Assembly: GCF_002105155.1 (NCBI RefSeq)
Contig: NW_019028979.1
Coordinates: forward strand, 124,001 to 188,000
Length of the DNA stretch: 64,000 nt
Source of the DNA: Lobosporangium transversale
Lineage: Eukaryota
Direction of reading: 5' to 3'
Part shown: piece by piece, positions 1 through 14,088 of the stretch
How the letters are laid out: every line of letters begins with the position of its first letter
Position numbering within the stretch: position 1 is the first letter of the stretch
The notes under the pieces: model-generated
Databases searched by the model: none
What the model saw: only the letters and a program-made list of their open reading frames with translations
What the model was told of the DNA's origin: nothing
Translations under genes and position numbers: made by a program

Positions 1-677
1 CATTTGAGCACGCTTTTATCTGTCTGAGAATACAAAGAGTCTAATTTCATACTACAGGTCCATCTCATATTATTAAAACGCCCTTTAAATGAAAAAAATA
101 CAAACCCAAAAAAAGCTCTGGAAATTAAAGAACATCAGCAATAAACAACAATAACAACAAAAAAGGACCACACCACATAGTCTACTGGACAAATGTATAC
201 AATTCATTTGCAATACATTCATAGACTGTCCCGCAACACCCAATTGCATCAACATGCTCTTTTTCAATTTTGTGCGTTGCGTGTGTGTTTGTGTGTTTGT
301 GAGTGAATGAATGAATGTACATGTACATGTGTGTTTTGGTGAGTGTGCATGGCCTCGTTCTCCTTTTCCCCTTCCCCTGTGGTTAAATGTCCAGAATAAA
401 CTCAAGACTCCTTCCCTCCACCCCCTACAATTGTAGGAAAAAAAAAGAGAGTAGAATAACTCTTTGTTCACACAACGGCTTCTCTCTTTCCGCAGAGAAA
501 CTGATTTCTTCCTTTCCTTTTTTTTTTTTATCACAGGGTGTGTATCCATGTATGTGTTAGATTGTGAAAGAGTGAGATCAGATCATTTCATTTCAATGTC
601 GTTGAGCAATTCAGAATTGACATTACTGCTCCATCCTTCTTTCTCTTTTTCTACTACAATCATTGTTCTTGCCTCAC

Positions 678-712
<35 letters not shown>

Positions 713-1038
713 CAATATTTCGTTGCTATTGTCCTTCACATTGCTTGTGTATCTCCTTTTTTTTTTTTTTTTTTTTTTTTTCTAGTTTAACTTACTCTTT
801 CTTTCTATCAACCTCTTTCTCTCATCTCACAAAAACCACTTTTTCTTTTTTTGTCATCATTGCTCTTGACTCTTAGCACTCAATTCTCATCGATCGCATC
901 GCTGAAGTCCTTTCAGGACAATCAGTCCAATCCTTGCCGAAGAGGAAAAAAAAAAGTTTAACAATCAAACCAACAACCCAAACGCCCTCCTATCTATTTT
1001 GAGTACAAAAGTAGCCTGGCTTCACAACTGAACACATC

Positions 1039-4000
1039 ATGGAGCTGGAATATCAGGTCTTGCTCATCGATCCTTCTGCTCTCGATACCCCTCATCACCC
1101 ATCCAGCCCATCATCAAGAACCTCGATCACTAGCCGTACCGAGACTCTGAGCAATGCATCTTCTAATTCTTTTTCATCCTCAACATCCTCTTCAACAATT
1201 TCAACCATCGCTTCAAGCGCCTCTACAACTTCTTCATTGCTCTTCTCTACAGCTCGAAAGAATCAAAGGTTGCCACGTTCAAAATCGAAATCAGCACCAA
1301 CAACACCTCGCTCTCGGTCAGAATCCAGGTTCAATGATGGTACCTCGCAGCTATCGTCGATACTGCGTCTTACAGGATTAAAAGGTAATACCGGAGACCA
1401 ATTGACCTTGAATGGTTCATTTTTGTAGGGAGAACAGAGAGCAAAATAGTAAAAGATGGATAGCACTGGCTGTAGTATGAAAAAAACGTGCAGGTGCCTA
1501 TTTTCATTCATATTATTCTTGCAACCTGAATTTCTTTCCTTTACTCCCATCCCTTCAAACCTTTACTCCTCTTTTCATGTTTGTTTGGTACATGTGTTCC
1601 CCTTTCCTTTTGTAGATTTTTTTTTTGGTCAGTACATCTGTGACATTGACAGACCACAGCAGCGCTGAGATGAAACGTCTATTAGGACTGTAGCTCCAAG
1701 GCTTGCACAGACATGAAAACATTGCTCTTTCGGCTGCTATACCCTTCAAGGATAATGAATCAAAGACGGGGATGATTGATTACAGAGGATAGGAGGATAT
1801 GAAGCATCTTGCAAATCAGTATTTTTATTGATTGCTTGCTCGAATCAACCCTTTCTTTGTTCCTATTTACCTCCACCCGAGTTCATATCCTGAGACTTTT
1901 TTACACCTCCTTTTTTGTTCCTTCTCCCTGGGCTTCCTGGAGTTATTGAAAGGATGGTTTCCTGAGCCCATGTTAAGAAGCTATTTTTCTGTTAATCTGT
2001 TTGGTTCATAATGTGCTACATATCAGGAAGTGGATTGGCGCTTATTTGGTTGCATTTGACCCAAACAGAAGACGGCCGTTAGTAATAACGGAGAAAAAGC
2101 AAAAAAAAAAAAAAAAAGCGGATTTTCTTTGAGAGCAGAGGGTGTCCATCTTACTGCGCGTGCAGTTGACGTCTTGTTGAAGTGAAACTAGCGTAGTGGA
2201 GCTGTGTAGCGATGTGGCATCATATCACCGCATGGGAGAAACTGGAAGAAAGGACTGTCCCTCACTCTATTATTTTCATTCTACATTGCACCAGATGCTA
2301 AAACACATGGTGCTTTCACTTCATATGCTATTGTTACTATTAAATCTCCTCCATATTTTGTCCATGTGCTCTTATTATCACATATAGCATTGTTAAAGCA
2401 AACTTGCGTATCCAGCTTAGCTAATTACATTTTTTATTTTTAATATAGTCCTGACAGCTTCTTCGTATGAAGCGGCACTGGCGCTGCTTGAGCATCGTCC
2501 TCCAACAGAGGCTCGGCCCTTACTGTTACTTGTCGATGTCGATACTGAACTAGAATTGACTCTCTCTCATCCACCTGGATCATACTCTACGCGCCACCAT
2601 CGTCCACAGCAAAAAAGCTCAAATACACGCAATAGTGGTGTTATTGAGCCATCAACAAAATCCCAAGGAAGTGGTCAGCGACACTTGCGAGCGACAAATG
2701 ATAATTCTACTGCAAAAGGATCACAAGTCCATGCCCGACGCCCTCAGAGTAAACAACCATTACAATATAACCATGATGGAACATTATGTGGACTTGACTT
2801 CCTGGAGACAATTTTACAAGGACTTGCCAAGGGCACGCTTAACCATGTTGTCCCAATAGGTACGCATTTATGGTAGTAACAACACAGTCGAGACTTTTCT
2901 GACTCTTTGGCAATGAGATTTGGCAATGTCACTCAGTCGTATATCGCATATCGCATATCTGACCTTTTTTTTTTTTTTCTTCCTTCAGCCGTCAGCTCGA
3001 CAAAGTCCCAGGAAAGAATTATGGAACTCTTCAATTTGGGTGTTGCAGATGTCTTGCTTAAGCCGATCGAAGAACAAGCGGCAAGGACTTTATTTCTGGT
3101 GAGCAAGCAGGATATGGAGCAATAAATTCTCAGACACCATTTTGAAAATCCTTGAGAAACTCACCAGTCCTGCTATCTTTTAAAATGAATAGAATGTACA
3201 CCGCTACAGCAAGTATAAGACAGCTATAACGATTCCTAGATACACGACGCAAAAGAATACGCTTGCTCTTCCGAGTCACACTCGACTCCGTAATGTGTTC
3301 TTGAAGGATCAATGGTGCGTTTGATCTCTGATTGTGACCGAATTACTATAATTTCCATCATAACTTCAACACTCTTAGCTTACTACTCTGCATCATTCTT
3401 TGAATGTATTAACTAGGCTTTCTGATATTTTGATCAGTCATTACTGTCCAACACCATCCAAGATGTCACTGCGAGATTTTCCCTCAATGTCTTCAGACGC
3501 AGCACTAGAGCGTGTAGAGGAGCTCAAAAGCCGTTTACTATCTTGGGACTTTCATCCACATGATCTTTGTGAGGATGACCTCATGCGCTGCGTTGTGATT
3601 GTCATTCAGGAAGTAATGAAGCTGGATGGACTTGGGGATCTGAATATTCCTGAACGTAAGTGCTAAAGCAAAATATATTTGACCTCAATGAGTATACGTA
3701 CACGCGAGACATACTAAGAACTCAATCATCGGTTTACACTGTTTCATCTGTTGGTTATCTCAATTAGACTTACTGCATCGCTTTGTGATCGGTCTGCGTG
3801 ATTCATACCATCGATCCAACCCATATCATAACTTTGCACACGCTGTCGATGTACTCCAAGCAACATTTTACTTCCTTTGCAGGATGGGTAAACTCCCAGA
3901 GACAGGTTTTGGCTTCCCTCCTTTCCCTCTTACCAATGGCGGCGATCACGGATCCGAGCCCGAATCACCTGAGTCATCGGTGACTATACCCACTAACGCT

Positions 4001-6206
4001 CCCTATGCTGACCAGGGAGACGGCCTACCGCCTTTTTCGATTCAGGATTATCTACGACCCGAGGATATTTTTGCACTAGTCGTGGCAAGTATTGGTCATG
4101 ATGTGGGCCATCCGGGAGTCAACAACATGTTTTTGGTAAGAGATAGTTTATTGCAACTGCAAATCATATAGAGTCATGATAATTGTGTTGAGTCAAATGA
4201 AGTGAAGGCATGTCAAATTACCCTTGTTCGTTATTAATATAATAATTATTATTTTACCCCGCATAAAAAGGTCAACGCGCACACACCCTTGGCACAAGTG
4301 TACAATGACCGGTCTGTCCTTGAGAGTTTTCATTCAATGGCCTTGTTTCATGTCATGAAAAAACATGGCTTTGAGTGTTTTGATGTCGACTCTCAGAACC
4401 GCAAGTTTATGGGTAAGTTTAGTTTTATTTATTTATTTATTTATCATTATTACTGTTATTCTTGTTATTATTTTTGAGAAAGTGCCTTTGTGTGTTATTT
4501 TGACTCAGTTCGCTGCTTTCTGATATGGCTTTGTTTATTTATATATTCATTTCACTTGGTAATATACAGAGTTCAGAAAGATGGTTGTGAGTACGATCCT
4601 GGCCACAGATATGGGTCTCCATTTCGATTACGTTGGCAAGATCAAGGAACAGACGGAACGCTTGCGTCTTCGTAGGCAATCTGGCAGTGATACTCTCAAG
4701 CCCAATCAGGCTAGCATTGAAGAGCAAGAACGCTTGGTTCTCTGTGGAACATTAATTAAGTGCGCCGATATTAGTAATGCTGTAAGATATCTTTTTCCGA
4801 TACTATTGCAGTTTTGTTGCTTCAAAAAAAAAAAAAAAAAAAAAAAACCACAAAACTGATAAATGAATTTACGCACTGTTATAGTCAAGGCCGTTCCATG
4901 TGGCAGAGAGATGGTCGACTGTCTTACTGCAGGAAATGTGCAATCAAGCTGATATTGAGAAGGAGATGGCAGTCTGCTCAGGATCACAATCAGTTCCTGC
5001 TGGCTCTACCAAGAGCCTAGCTAATGACAAAGGGATGCAAATTGACTCCCAACTTGGGTTCATCCACGGATTTGCTATGCCTCTATTTAGCAGTGTAAAA
5101 GAAATTATTCCAGGTAAAGTGCTGCCTACATGATTCCAGTTGGTTAGTTTTTTGAGACTATTGGTTTTTGTACTAATGTCTCATAGTTTTTGTATTAAAT
5201 AGAGATGGGATACTGTGTTGAGTACCTTCAAATCAACCATGCTATCTGGCAAGAGCGGAAGACTGAGTACCTCAAACACGGAAAAACATCGGTATTTGCT
5301 GGTCTAGATATCAATAATAACGGCAATAGCAACGGTATTCATACTGCTGGCGACTCAGGACACAGTGAGGATGAGTACCAGGCTCCGATAACCAAGAAGG
5401 CGACTCCAGTAAATCATAATGGCAAGCATAGGAATATGACTGGAAAACAACCTTTAGAGATTTCTGTATTGAAGAGTGGAGTTAATACCAGGTCCACAGT
5501 ATCTAGGAAGCCTCAGCAGCCAAAGTTATCGGGATCAGAGGAACAGAAATCTAGCCCAGATGGTGCTGTCCTGACGCCCGTCAAATTACAAGCGAGTAGT
5601 TCGAGACGAACGCCTTCCAGTAACTCTATTAATAGCAATGGCGGCACAGCATCGGATTCATCTAGTTCTATCCCGCGGCTAAGGACAAAATCCAAGGCTA
5701 TGACGCCGGAGAATGGTTGTGTTGCGGAGCCACGGAGACAGGATAGTTACCGTGCAAGTAGTGTTCATCAACAGCAGTACCAGAATAATGGTCGTCCCCG
5801 ACCACCAAGTTCGCGGGTACGAACCTCAACGCCAGCAATCTCTATATCTGTTCCTATGTCATCTACTTCTCCAGAGTCAAAATCAAACACTGCTTATACT
5901 TCACCTAAAATTCAGCAGCAGCATCAAGTCAATGGCGATCGTAGACTGAATTCGCCAGGACGTCAATCATCGGCACCTGGACATTCAAAGCATGACAAGG
6001 TCAAAGACAAGCCATTTCCCTTGGAAATGATGAAAAGTGTTGACAACATACAGCTAGATGAATCTCCTGACCCTTTAGTTTCAGAAACACCTTCGCCGAC
6101 AGAGCAGGCTGTGGCTGTTGCCGATGAACTGACAGACGTACAAACCCCAGTTACGATTATTTCCACCACTTCAATCACTGCAGTCTCTGCATGTGACTCA
6201 CCTTGA
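1039..6206 (+). CDS. Class I 3',5'-cyclic nucleotide phosphodiesterase with N-terminal response-regulator receiver-like domain (10 exons)
   Basis: Catalytic motifs NPYHNFAHAVDV, SIGHDVGHPGVNN, YNDRSVLESFH, ILATDM and LIKCADISN. GT-AG joins keep frame. Approximate exons: 1039-1384, 2449-2859, 2989-3098, 3193-3314, 3417-3655, 3768-4135, 4271-4412, 4570-4781, 4885-5113, 5203-6206. Confidence 0.93.
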
Positions 6207-6615
6207 ATGACAACACTTCCCGGATAGGATACCAGGAGTGCGTTAAATGACAACCCCTTCATTTTTTTTTTTACTATTATTATCATCATTTCTAAAAATG
6301 TCTTTCTTTTTTTTTTACGCTCGTATCTTGTACTTTTTCATACCATTGTTTTCTTACTTTAGATGATGTCTTTTTATGCTTATGCTTATGCTTTTTCTTC
6401 GTTTATGTCACGTCCTCCATTCTTCAGTCGCAACGCCTCATCTTTTTTTTTTTGTCTTATCGTATCATGTTTCACTACTATCATGGTTCTTTCTTTTTTG
6501 TGCGTGTAAAATCTTTTTTCATCAAACAAACAAACAGAACAACTATTAAATTTATGTTTTTTAACTTGCAAAAAACAAGAATGGTATTTTTAAGCTTTCT
6601 TTTATCTAATGAAGA

Positions 6616-7927
6616 TTATGCTGATTGTCCGGTTGTAACATCGGTCATTTCTTGATCGTCGTCGTCGTCGTCTTCTTCCTCTTCATCATACTCCTCTTCA
6701 TCATACTCCTCTTCTTCGTCGGATTTATCTTCGTCGCAGTCTTCGCCATTTTCACCACTACTCTGGTCTTTGCTTTTTATCGAGCCGGATCGGATACGAT
6801 GGACCTCACCAGACTTTAGTCCAGTAACATTACATGTTGATGTTGTAGCTGCCATGGTCATTCCCTCCTCCACTTCTGGCCCTTCTCCAGCGGGCGACAT
6901 ATGGACATCCTTATTATTTTTGTCATTATTGTCACTATTATAACATACACCATTCGTGGAATGCCTATGCTGCTGGCTTATAGATGGCTCAGAAGCAGTG
7001 AAGGACGTGTTCTCGGCAGTAGTAGCCACAGTTATAGTGGGTGACGTGGTAGGGTCGGCACCATCATCTTCACTACTGCCGGTCCGCGCAGCACTACTTT
7101 GAACGCCATCGCCATTACCGGTATTGATACCTCTATTACTGTCGCCATTGAGAGTGCTGTTGCTACCATTACTTTTACTGTTACTGTTATTATTATTGTT
7201 GTTGATATACGCGTTGGTATTGTTATTGGTGCTTTTGCTATCCTTATCCTTGCTCCCACCTTGCTGATTTCCAGCTCTTGCAGCCTCGACGGCTTCAGCA
7301 CTGTGCTCTGCCATTTCTGTTGCCATTTTGACTGCTTCGATCTGTTTGACTGTCTTGGTATCCAATTCTTCCTCTGATAGTTTCCAGCTATCGAAATCTG
7401 GCTTCGGCAACATAGATGGAGGTCTACCACTGCTATTTTCATCTTCAGTGTTCACTAGAGAAAGAGTTGAAGAGATCCATTCCTCCATAGACTTTTTGAA
7501 GTGATCTTGTTGAGCTTCCTGACGAGCTAAAAGTAAGTCTCGTTGAGCGATCTCTAATTTGAGTGAACAGATGTAATCAAACGACTTCTTGAGCAAGAAG
7601 ACTTTGGAGGGAGCCTTGTCGACGATATTGGGGATCATCTGACGTAGGTCATCGAAACAGTGTTTGAGTGAATCCCGACGCTTCTGTTCTGCAGCCTTAT
7701 GAGACGTTCGTCGCATCTCGATGCCTGAGTGTAAATCTGTATTGTAAGAAAGACCTAGAGCACTTGAATCATGGAAAATATAAAATAAGGATGTGTTTTC
7801 AACTAGAAGTAGAGGAAGTCACTCAAGATAAGAGAACTTACGTGTGATCACCATCTAGTATATTTTGGTAATTCGATTTGGATGCTAATCGAGCCATAGC
7901 TTCCGACGCGGAGACTAAAAGAAAAGG

Positions 7928-7969
<42 letters not shown>

Positions 7970-10582
7970 AAGATGAATCTTCTATTCTATTACTTTTTTT
8001 TTTTTTTTTTTTTTTTAGTGTTCGAATTACCTCCAGGAAGCCATGGCTTCAAGCCAGGCGATACTAGCATGGGTTGGGCTCTAGGTGATACAAGGATTGG
8101 TTGTGCACTAATACTTCCTCGATGTTGATGTGGCGGCTGAGGCATCAAAGTCGGTTTGAGCGCTGGAGAAATTAAAGCAGCAAATCCTCCAGGAGGAGGA
8201 GCCATGGGAGAGATGATGGCGGTGGTTCCGGGAGTTCGTGGAGCCAGTGTACCAGCATTGGTTATCACCCCTCCGGGCTGGCGCTTGCCACTATGTCTCC
8301 TGGATGATCCATTAGCAGATTTTTTCTCTCCTCCATTACTATTACTAGGTTTAGCTAGAAGAGAGCGCGCCTTGATATTGGGTGTAGATTTGGGTGAGGT
8401 AGTTGGTGTAGATTCAGATCCGGAGAGGTTCATGAGAGATGCGGGCGTTACGGGCGCAAGGGCTGATTTAGACATGTTTGAGTCTAAAGATGTTGCAACA
8501 ACTGTGGTCGTTGACGTGGCGACTGTTGCTGCTACTGTCGCTGCCATTCTCGCTGTCGTTACCGCTGCCGTTGCGACTGTTGCAGGTGCAATCGCAATCG
8601 CAGCTGTGGCTCCATGCTTGACTGTAGTCGTTGACGGGTTTTCTTGAGTAGCGCTTGCGCTGATGCTGGTGCTCATTACGGAGCTACTCTGTGCAGGAGC
8701 GATTGGGACAGATGCTGGTTTTAGGATCGCCGCAGTTGAAGCAGCCTGACTAGGTTGGATCGGTTGATGGATCTGCAGCTGGTGCTGTAATACTTTGCTT
8801 TGCTGCTGCTGCTGCCTTAAGGCTTGGCCGGGCTGCTGTGATATACTCAGCTGCCTAGGCGTTTGCACCAAGATACCTTGCTGTTGTGATGGTAAGATCA
8901 TGGGTGAGCGTGGCGGTGGCATCATGGATGACGCTGGTAATTGGAATATCGCAGGCGAAGTAGGCATCATTGACAAGTGATTCATATTTGTTACCAAATG
9001 TGGCGAGGGCGATGCCTGTGCCTGCGATACTGTTCCGTTTAAAGTGGAAGTCAATATGGGGGACGGCGTCGGGCGGTTGGTGATTGGAGTTTGCATTGTC
9101 GCCAGGGGCGAAGATGGAGCGATCATGGACACAGATGAGCGAACTCGGCTCGTATTATTGTTGGTGTTGTTGGCAATTGCCGTTTTCCTTCCTGGCTGAA
9201 GCTGTGGTTGATTAGCGGTTGGTCGCAATGCTGGAGAGCTTTTGGGCAAGGCCACGCGAGTATTATTAGTTGTTGAACCAACCGTGGGGCTCAACACAAT
9301 TGGTGTAAGACCGGACCCGCGATCGATTGTTGTTCTTCGTTTCAGAGGTGGCCGATTGTTCAGAGCCTGGTTATTAGTGTCTAGTAATGGATGCTTTGTG
9401 CCAATCATTCCTTGACTTGCTTGCTGATTATCATTTGCTTGCTGTTGATGTTGCTGCGATTGGATTTGATGAAGCTGGTTCTGGGAGGACTGCACAGGAT
9501 CTTTCTGAAGCTGCTGTAGTTGCTGCTGAAGATGCTGTTGTTGTTGATGTTGGGCCTGTTGTTGAGCTTGATGAAACTGCATAGGTAAGGCATTGAATCC
9601 TTGGCCAGTGTAGGTCATGAAGTCTATTTGTGCGGATCGATGTGGTTGCAGTACTGGTGAGGTGAGCGGAGAGAACGTTTTATTTGTCGTGGACATCGCT
9701 GGAGGAAGGCTTGTAAACGGGTGAGATGGAGTTATAGCTGGTGAGATTAGTGGCGTGAAATAAGCCTATAGTGAAAATGAACAAAATGCCATTAGAAAGG
9801 TTTCCTTTTCTGATCTCAATCAACGCTTTATTGTATCACTTAGAAAATAGTCGAAATTATACCTCATCATCTTCAAACTGGTCGTTCAACACCATGGCCG
9901 TATCAGCAGCGGTAGCGTGGCCGCTATCGTTGTTGTTATTGTTGTCCTCCGATAGGATGCCCATTGGAGACATATATTGTGAATAGTCTGTTGAGTAGTA
10001 CTCGCGTCCAGCTGGTGTTAGAAGCTGCTGCCTCGCACCATCCTTCTGTGGTTGGACTTGAGGTTGAGGCAGCTGTTGGAGTTGCTGGTGAAGCTGCTGT
10101 TGCTGCTGCTGCTGCTGTTGCCGCTGCTGCAACAGGTACTGTTGTTGTTGTAGCTGCTGTTGCAGAAGTGATTGAGTGCTGACCTTGTGACCGTTATTAC
10201 TGGGATGCTCAGGATGAGTCTGAAAAATTGGGGTAGTCGTTGCTGATATTGGCATGGCAGCAGAAGTCGCCGAAGCTGCGCTCATGATAATATCATTAGC
10301 ATTGCTATTGACCTCGGTCATGGTATGTTGTGGTTGGGGCTGGTAGTGCTGGTATTGCTGTGGTTGGGTTGTAGAATGATTTTGTGAGTGATTATCTCGA
10401 AGCAGCATACCCTGCAGTTGCTGTTGTTCCTGTTGTTGTTTTTGTTGCTGCATTTGTTGATGCTGCTGAAGGCGTTGCTGAACCTGGCTGGCTTGAGCAG
10501 GATCGAAAGCAAAGTCACTTAGCGAAAGTTCCAGCCCTGCCTGATCCAGGTTGAAAGTTGTACTATCAAAATTGTAAGCCAT
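6616..10582 (-). CDS. PHO4: Pho4/NUC-1/PalcA-like bHLH transcription factor (4 exons)
   Basis: bHLH RRTSHKAAEQKRRDSLKHCFDDLRQMIP...SKVFLLKKSFDYI. A small exon at ~7842-7915 encodes MARLASKSNYQNILDGDH, the pre-bHLH signature I recall from NUC-1/PalcA. Gln-rich N-terminus and many SPxL/I sites. Confidence 0.8.
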
Positions 10583-12559
10583 CTTTCTTCTTCCTAATGT
10601 TTTTGTATGAGGTCTCTAATATGGTTGCTCGAAGGGCTATTGATGGGTCCAAGAGCCCAGGATCGTTCCGAGAAAGGTCGTTTGCTTCAGTAAAGAACTG
10701 ATATTAAAGTTGTTCAAATATCTTGTGCTGTATTATTGAAATAGTGCGAAAAATGTTATTTTCATAGGCCCTTTTCGAAGAAGGTTTGGCTATTCATACA
10801 GTTTAAGTAGGGTAGAGGAATCGAATGAGTATAGAGGAGAATGATGAGACAATGAGACAATGTAATCAGATGTAGACATTGAAACCTCATTTCAAAAAGT
10901 GGTAAAGTCAACTATAATGGGGATGTCTTTGATAATACTGAGTACTATACCTTGAACAAGAAGGATTTGAAGCAGGGGGAGAGGACATAAACATGAAGGC
11001 GGAGAAATGCCTATGTGTGACTCCTCAAGCTTGGAATGTTGTCAATGTAAAGCCTCGGTAGTTGAGGTGATATGTTGAAATGTTAATTGAACCAGTTGAC
11101 AGTTGTGGAAGTAGCTCGCTAAAAAGCTCAGAAGGGATAGGAGATATTCTTTTGATTTGGACAAAATTAGATGAACACTAAAAGGAAACTGGCTATAAAA
11201 TGAGAATGAGAGTGAAAGTGGATGTGGAAGAGACAGATACTATCAAAGACTCAAAGGGAAATGGAGATAACGAACGAAGGGAAAAAGGAGAATAGAAAGA
11301 TGAAAGGAAAAAAAGAAGAGGAATCAATCGATATTGAGCCACCCGGACGCCTACTTGCATCAAGGTCCAAGGGACGGGAAAGAGGACCTGAACGGCCAAC
11401 TATTCCAATCCCAATAATCCCATTCCAATAATTCCACCCCAATAATCCAAACAACCAAGGTATCATGAGCACTAAAGAGTCTTCTGCTGATTCTTTTCAG
11501 TATGATCCATAGTAGTTGAAGTTATCACTTGGACTTTTCTTTTTCGTCCTGCCTCCTCACCGGCTCCACGTTTTTTTCATGATCTGTCATCATCTGCAAC
11601 CTAACGCAAAAAAAAAAACTATACTTCATCAGCTACTTTTTTTTCTGTTTCTTCCCCTTTATTTTGTATTTTGGCTCTGTTACACCTTGTGCTGATTTTC
11701 TTTTTTTCCCATTTTGTTTGGTCAATGCTTTGCAGCCCTAGGACTGAGTCGCGTTTCCTCACGTTGTACATCTGCTCGCTGTGATTGGCTGAATCGCCGT
11801 AGAATACAGTCACACAGATGGTTTTAATTTGGTGGCGGCCGCGAATAAAAAGACCGCGTTTGAAAGAAGAATATTTATGTGATGTATACCAAAGAAACTT
11901 TAGACTTTAGAGCAATAGCCGTGCATCAGTGACAGATACAGAGGAACATGGGTTGTACGCATGTTTATATATTTTTCTTTTTCTTTTTTTTGCTCTCTTG
12001 AAACCGTAGCCAACCATCTTTCTGGGTGAATTATTGATGACACTAAAATACTAAGAGGGTCCAACAACCTCACAATAGGTACATGTACATACTTATATGG
12101 GCGAAATATGCACTACATGTATTCTGGGCATCGAAGAACAATCTATAATGGAATGTTTTTTATATACTGAAACTGTAGTATTCATAGATGGGAAGTGATG
12201 AGTTGCATGATATATACTTCCCTGGTGACCTTGCGCAGTAGCCTACAGGGTACTAAACAGAAGTCTTTATATATTTAAGGCAGTCTCGGGAAAAGAAACC
12301 CTTTCAGATCTGCTCCGAAGGATTAGATTGAATCCGATGTACACAAGACACTCTTCTCTTGTCATACATTGACTTTCACATTTCTGACAAAAGAACCTTG
12401 GATCCTTCGATAACAACAATGTGCTTCGATCTTCACATGGGCTATTATGGGAGACAGCTTTAAAAAAAAAGTTGATCACAAGCTCGAAAAGCAAACTGAT
12501 GAAGCAAGCATCAAGAGGTAGTGTACATCTGTACTGTGTACCTAGTAACAAATTCTCCA

Positions 12560-13640
12560 CAACTTGACGGGTCTCCAAACACAATGTTTAGCTTTTAAAA
12601 TTATTACTTGATTATGGGGTATCCCCATCTAGTTGCAGCACCGTGTATAACTCTCGTAGCGATTTCGACAATTTCGTCGCTCCGGCGCTTTTTTAATGTT
12701 TAGGCTGTGAAGATGAATTAATTAGGAATCAAAAAATAGATGAAACTTTATCAGAAATAAAAATTTATTTACCTTCCTTAACGTCGCGCGGCTTTTGAGA
12801 AGTCAAGGCCAACTTATTCGCCTCAATACTTTCGCGATGGGTTCGTCGATTACAACCCTCTTGACGGGAGACAGAAGCCCTGCCCTTTAGCGTGGGAAGT
12901 TGGTGCCCCTTACCCCTCGTTCCTAACTACTACACTCGAGAGGGATTTGAGGCTTGTTAGGGGCGTCACAATCAGCTACACAATGGCTGAGCCCTGTAAT
13001 AGAGACACGTTAATGATACTTAGTGTCGCATTGCTTCTTATTCTACCTTACGGCAAAAGTGAATCCTGAACGAATCGTGTAAGGACACGAGGTAGTCATG
13101 CATTTTGGAAGATCGATTTCCATGCACGAAAAGTGAAGGGCGATGACTTCAATCATTTTGAGCGCTTTGCTTGTTGCGAGGTTCTTCTCTTTCATTTTCC
13201 TCAGTACTGCCTCCTACTGCCCAGTGTCGATGAAGTTGATTGAGTAATCTGATCACACTAAATATCGCTTCCAATTCGGTTTCATGTTCTTTCAACAATT
13301 CATTCATTAAGTTGGTCCTCTTTCTATAGATCGCTTCATCTGATGCATTTTTATTTGGTGTATTAAAGCAGGCGGATATAGCACTGGCCAACTCAATTGA
13401 GGCTTCCATATCTGATTTAATTGTGTAGTTCAATGCCAAATCATGCCGTTACCACTTCATAGAAAAGAGCTCTGGCGATTACTACGTTCGTTTGCGCCCT
13501 TTAGGAGCTCGTGGGTCAGAGGTCTATCCGGAATGCCTTGTGTAGTCTCTCCTAGCATCCTTCGATATGCTTTGGTCTTATTAGATTGTAAGAGTGTATT
13601 TACTCAATTCCAGTACAGTCGTAAAAACCACTTTCAGCTG
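12560..13640 (-). pseudogene. Possible decayed gene fragment of unknown family
   Basis: A 96-codon open stretch (13149-13439) of protein-like composition, flanked by coding-like segments broken by stops and frameshifts (e.g. GATKLSKSLRELYTVLQLDG near 12630-12690). No intact gene model. Confidence 0.3.
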
Positions 13641-13853
13641 TATTGTTCAAAATTGCCGATCTGTCTAAATTGATTTTAAGGGGTATTTTTACCCCCACAC
13701 TCATAGGATTGTTTCTCCCACAATTACCCTGAATCTTCCCACGGGTATTCGTTCGAATGTCCATCTACATTCTTCTCTACTCCACCCAACCCCATTCTCT
13801 TAATCTCCATTCATTCCATTCTCTCTCTTTCTGAATTTACATCTGTACAGACC

Positions 13854-14053
13854 ATGCCTTCATTCCTTCGAACCGTTGCTCGTTGTGCGTCCGTTAAGCC
13901 TCGCCGCACTATTTCTGTTGCCACAAGCCAGATCCGCCATCTTTCCTCAACCTCACCTCTAGACCGTAAGTGTAAACGCAATTGGCGTGTCTGTGCACCT
14001 TCACTTTTACATTTGCTTATAATAGTGCTATAGCTAATTCTTTTTCTCTCTCT

Positions 14054-14088
<35 letters not shown>

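Noticed and set aside
85..790. ORFs rich in poly-Phe or poly-Lys here and elsewhere (e.g. 16908-17324, 49476-49808)
   Set aside because: They arise from homopolymer and microsatellite tracts in UTRs and introns.
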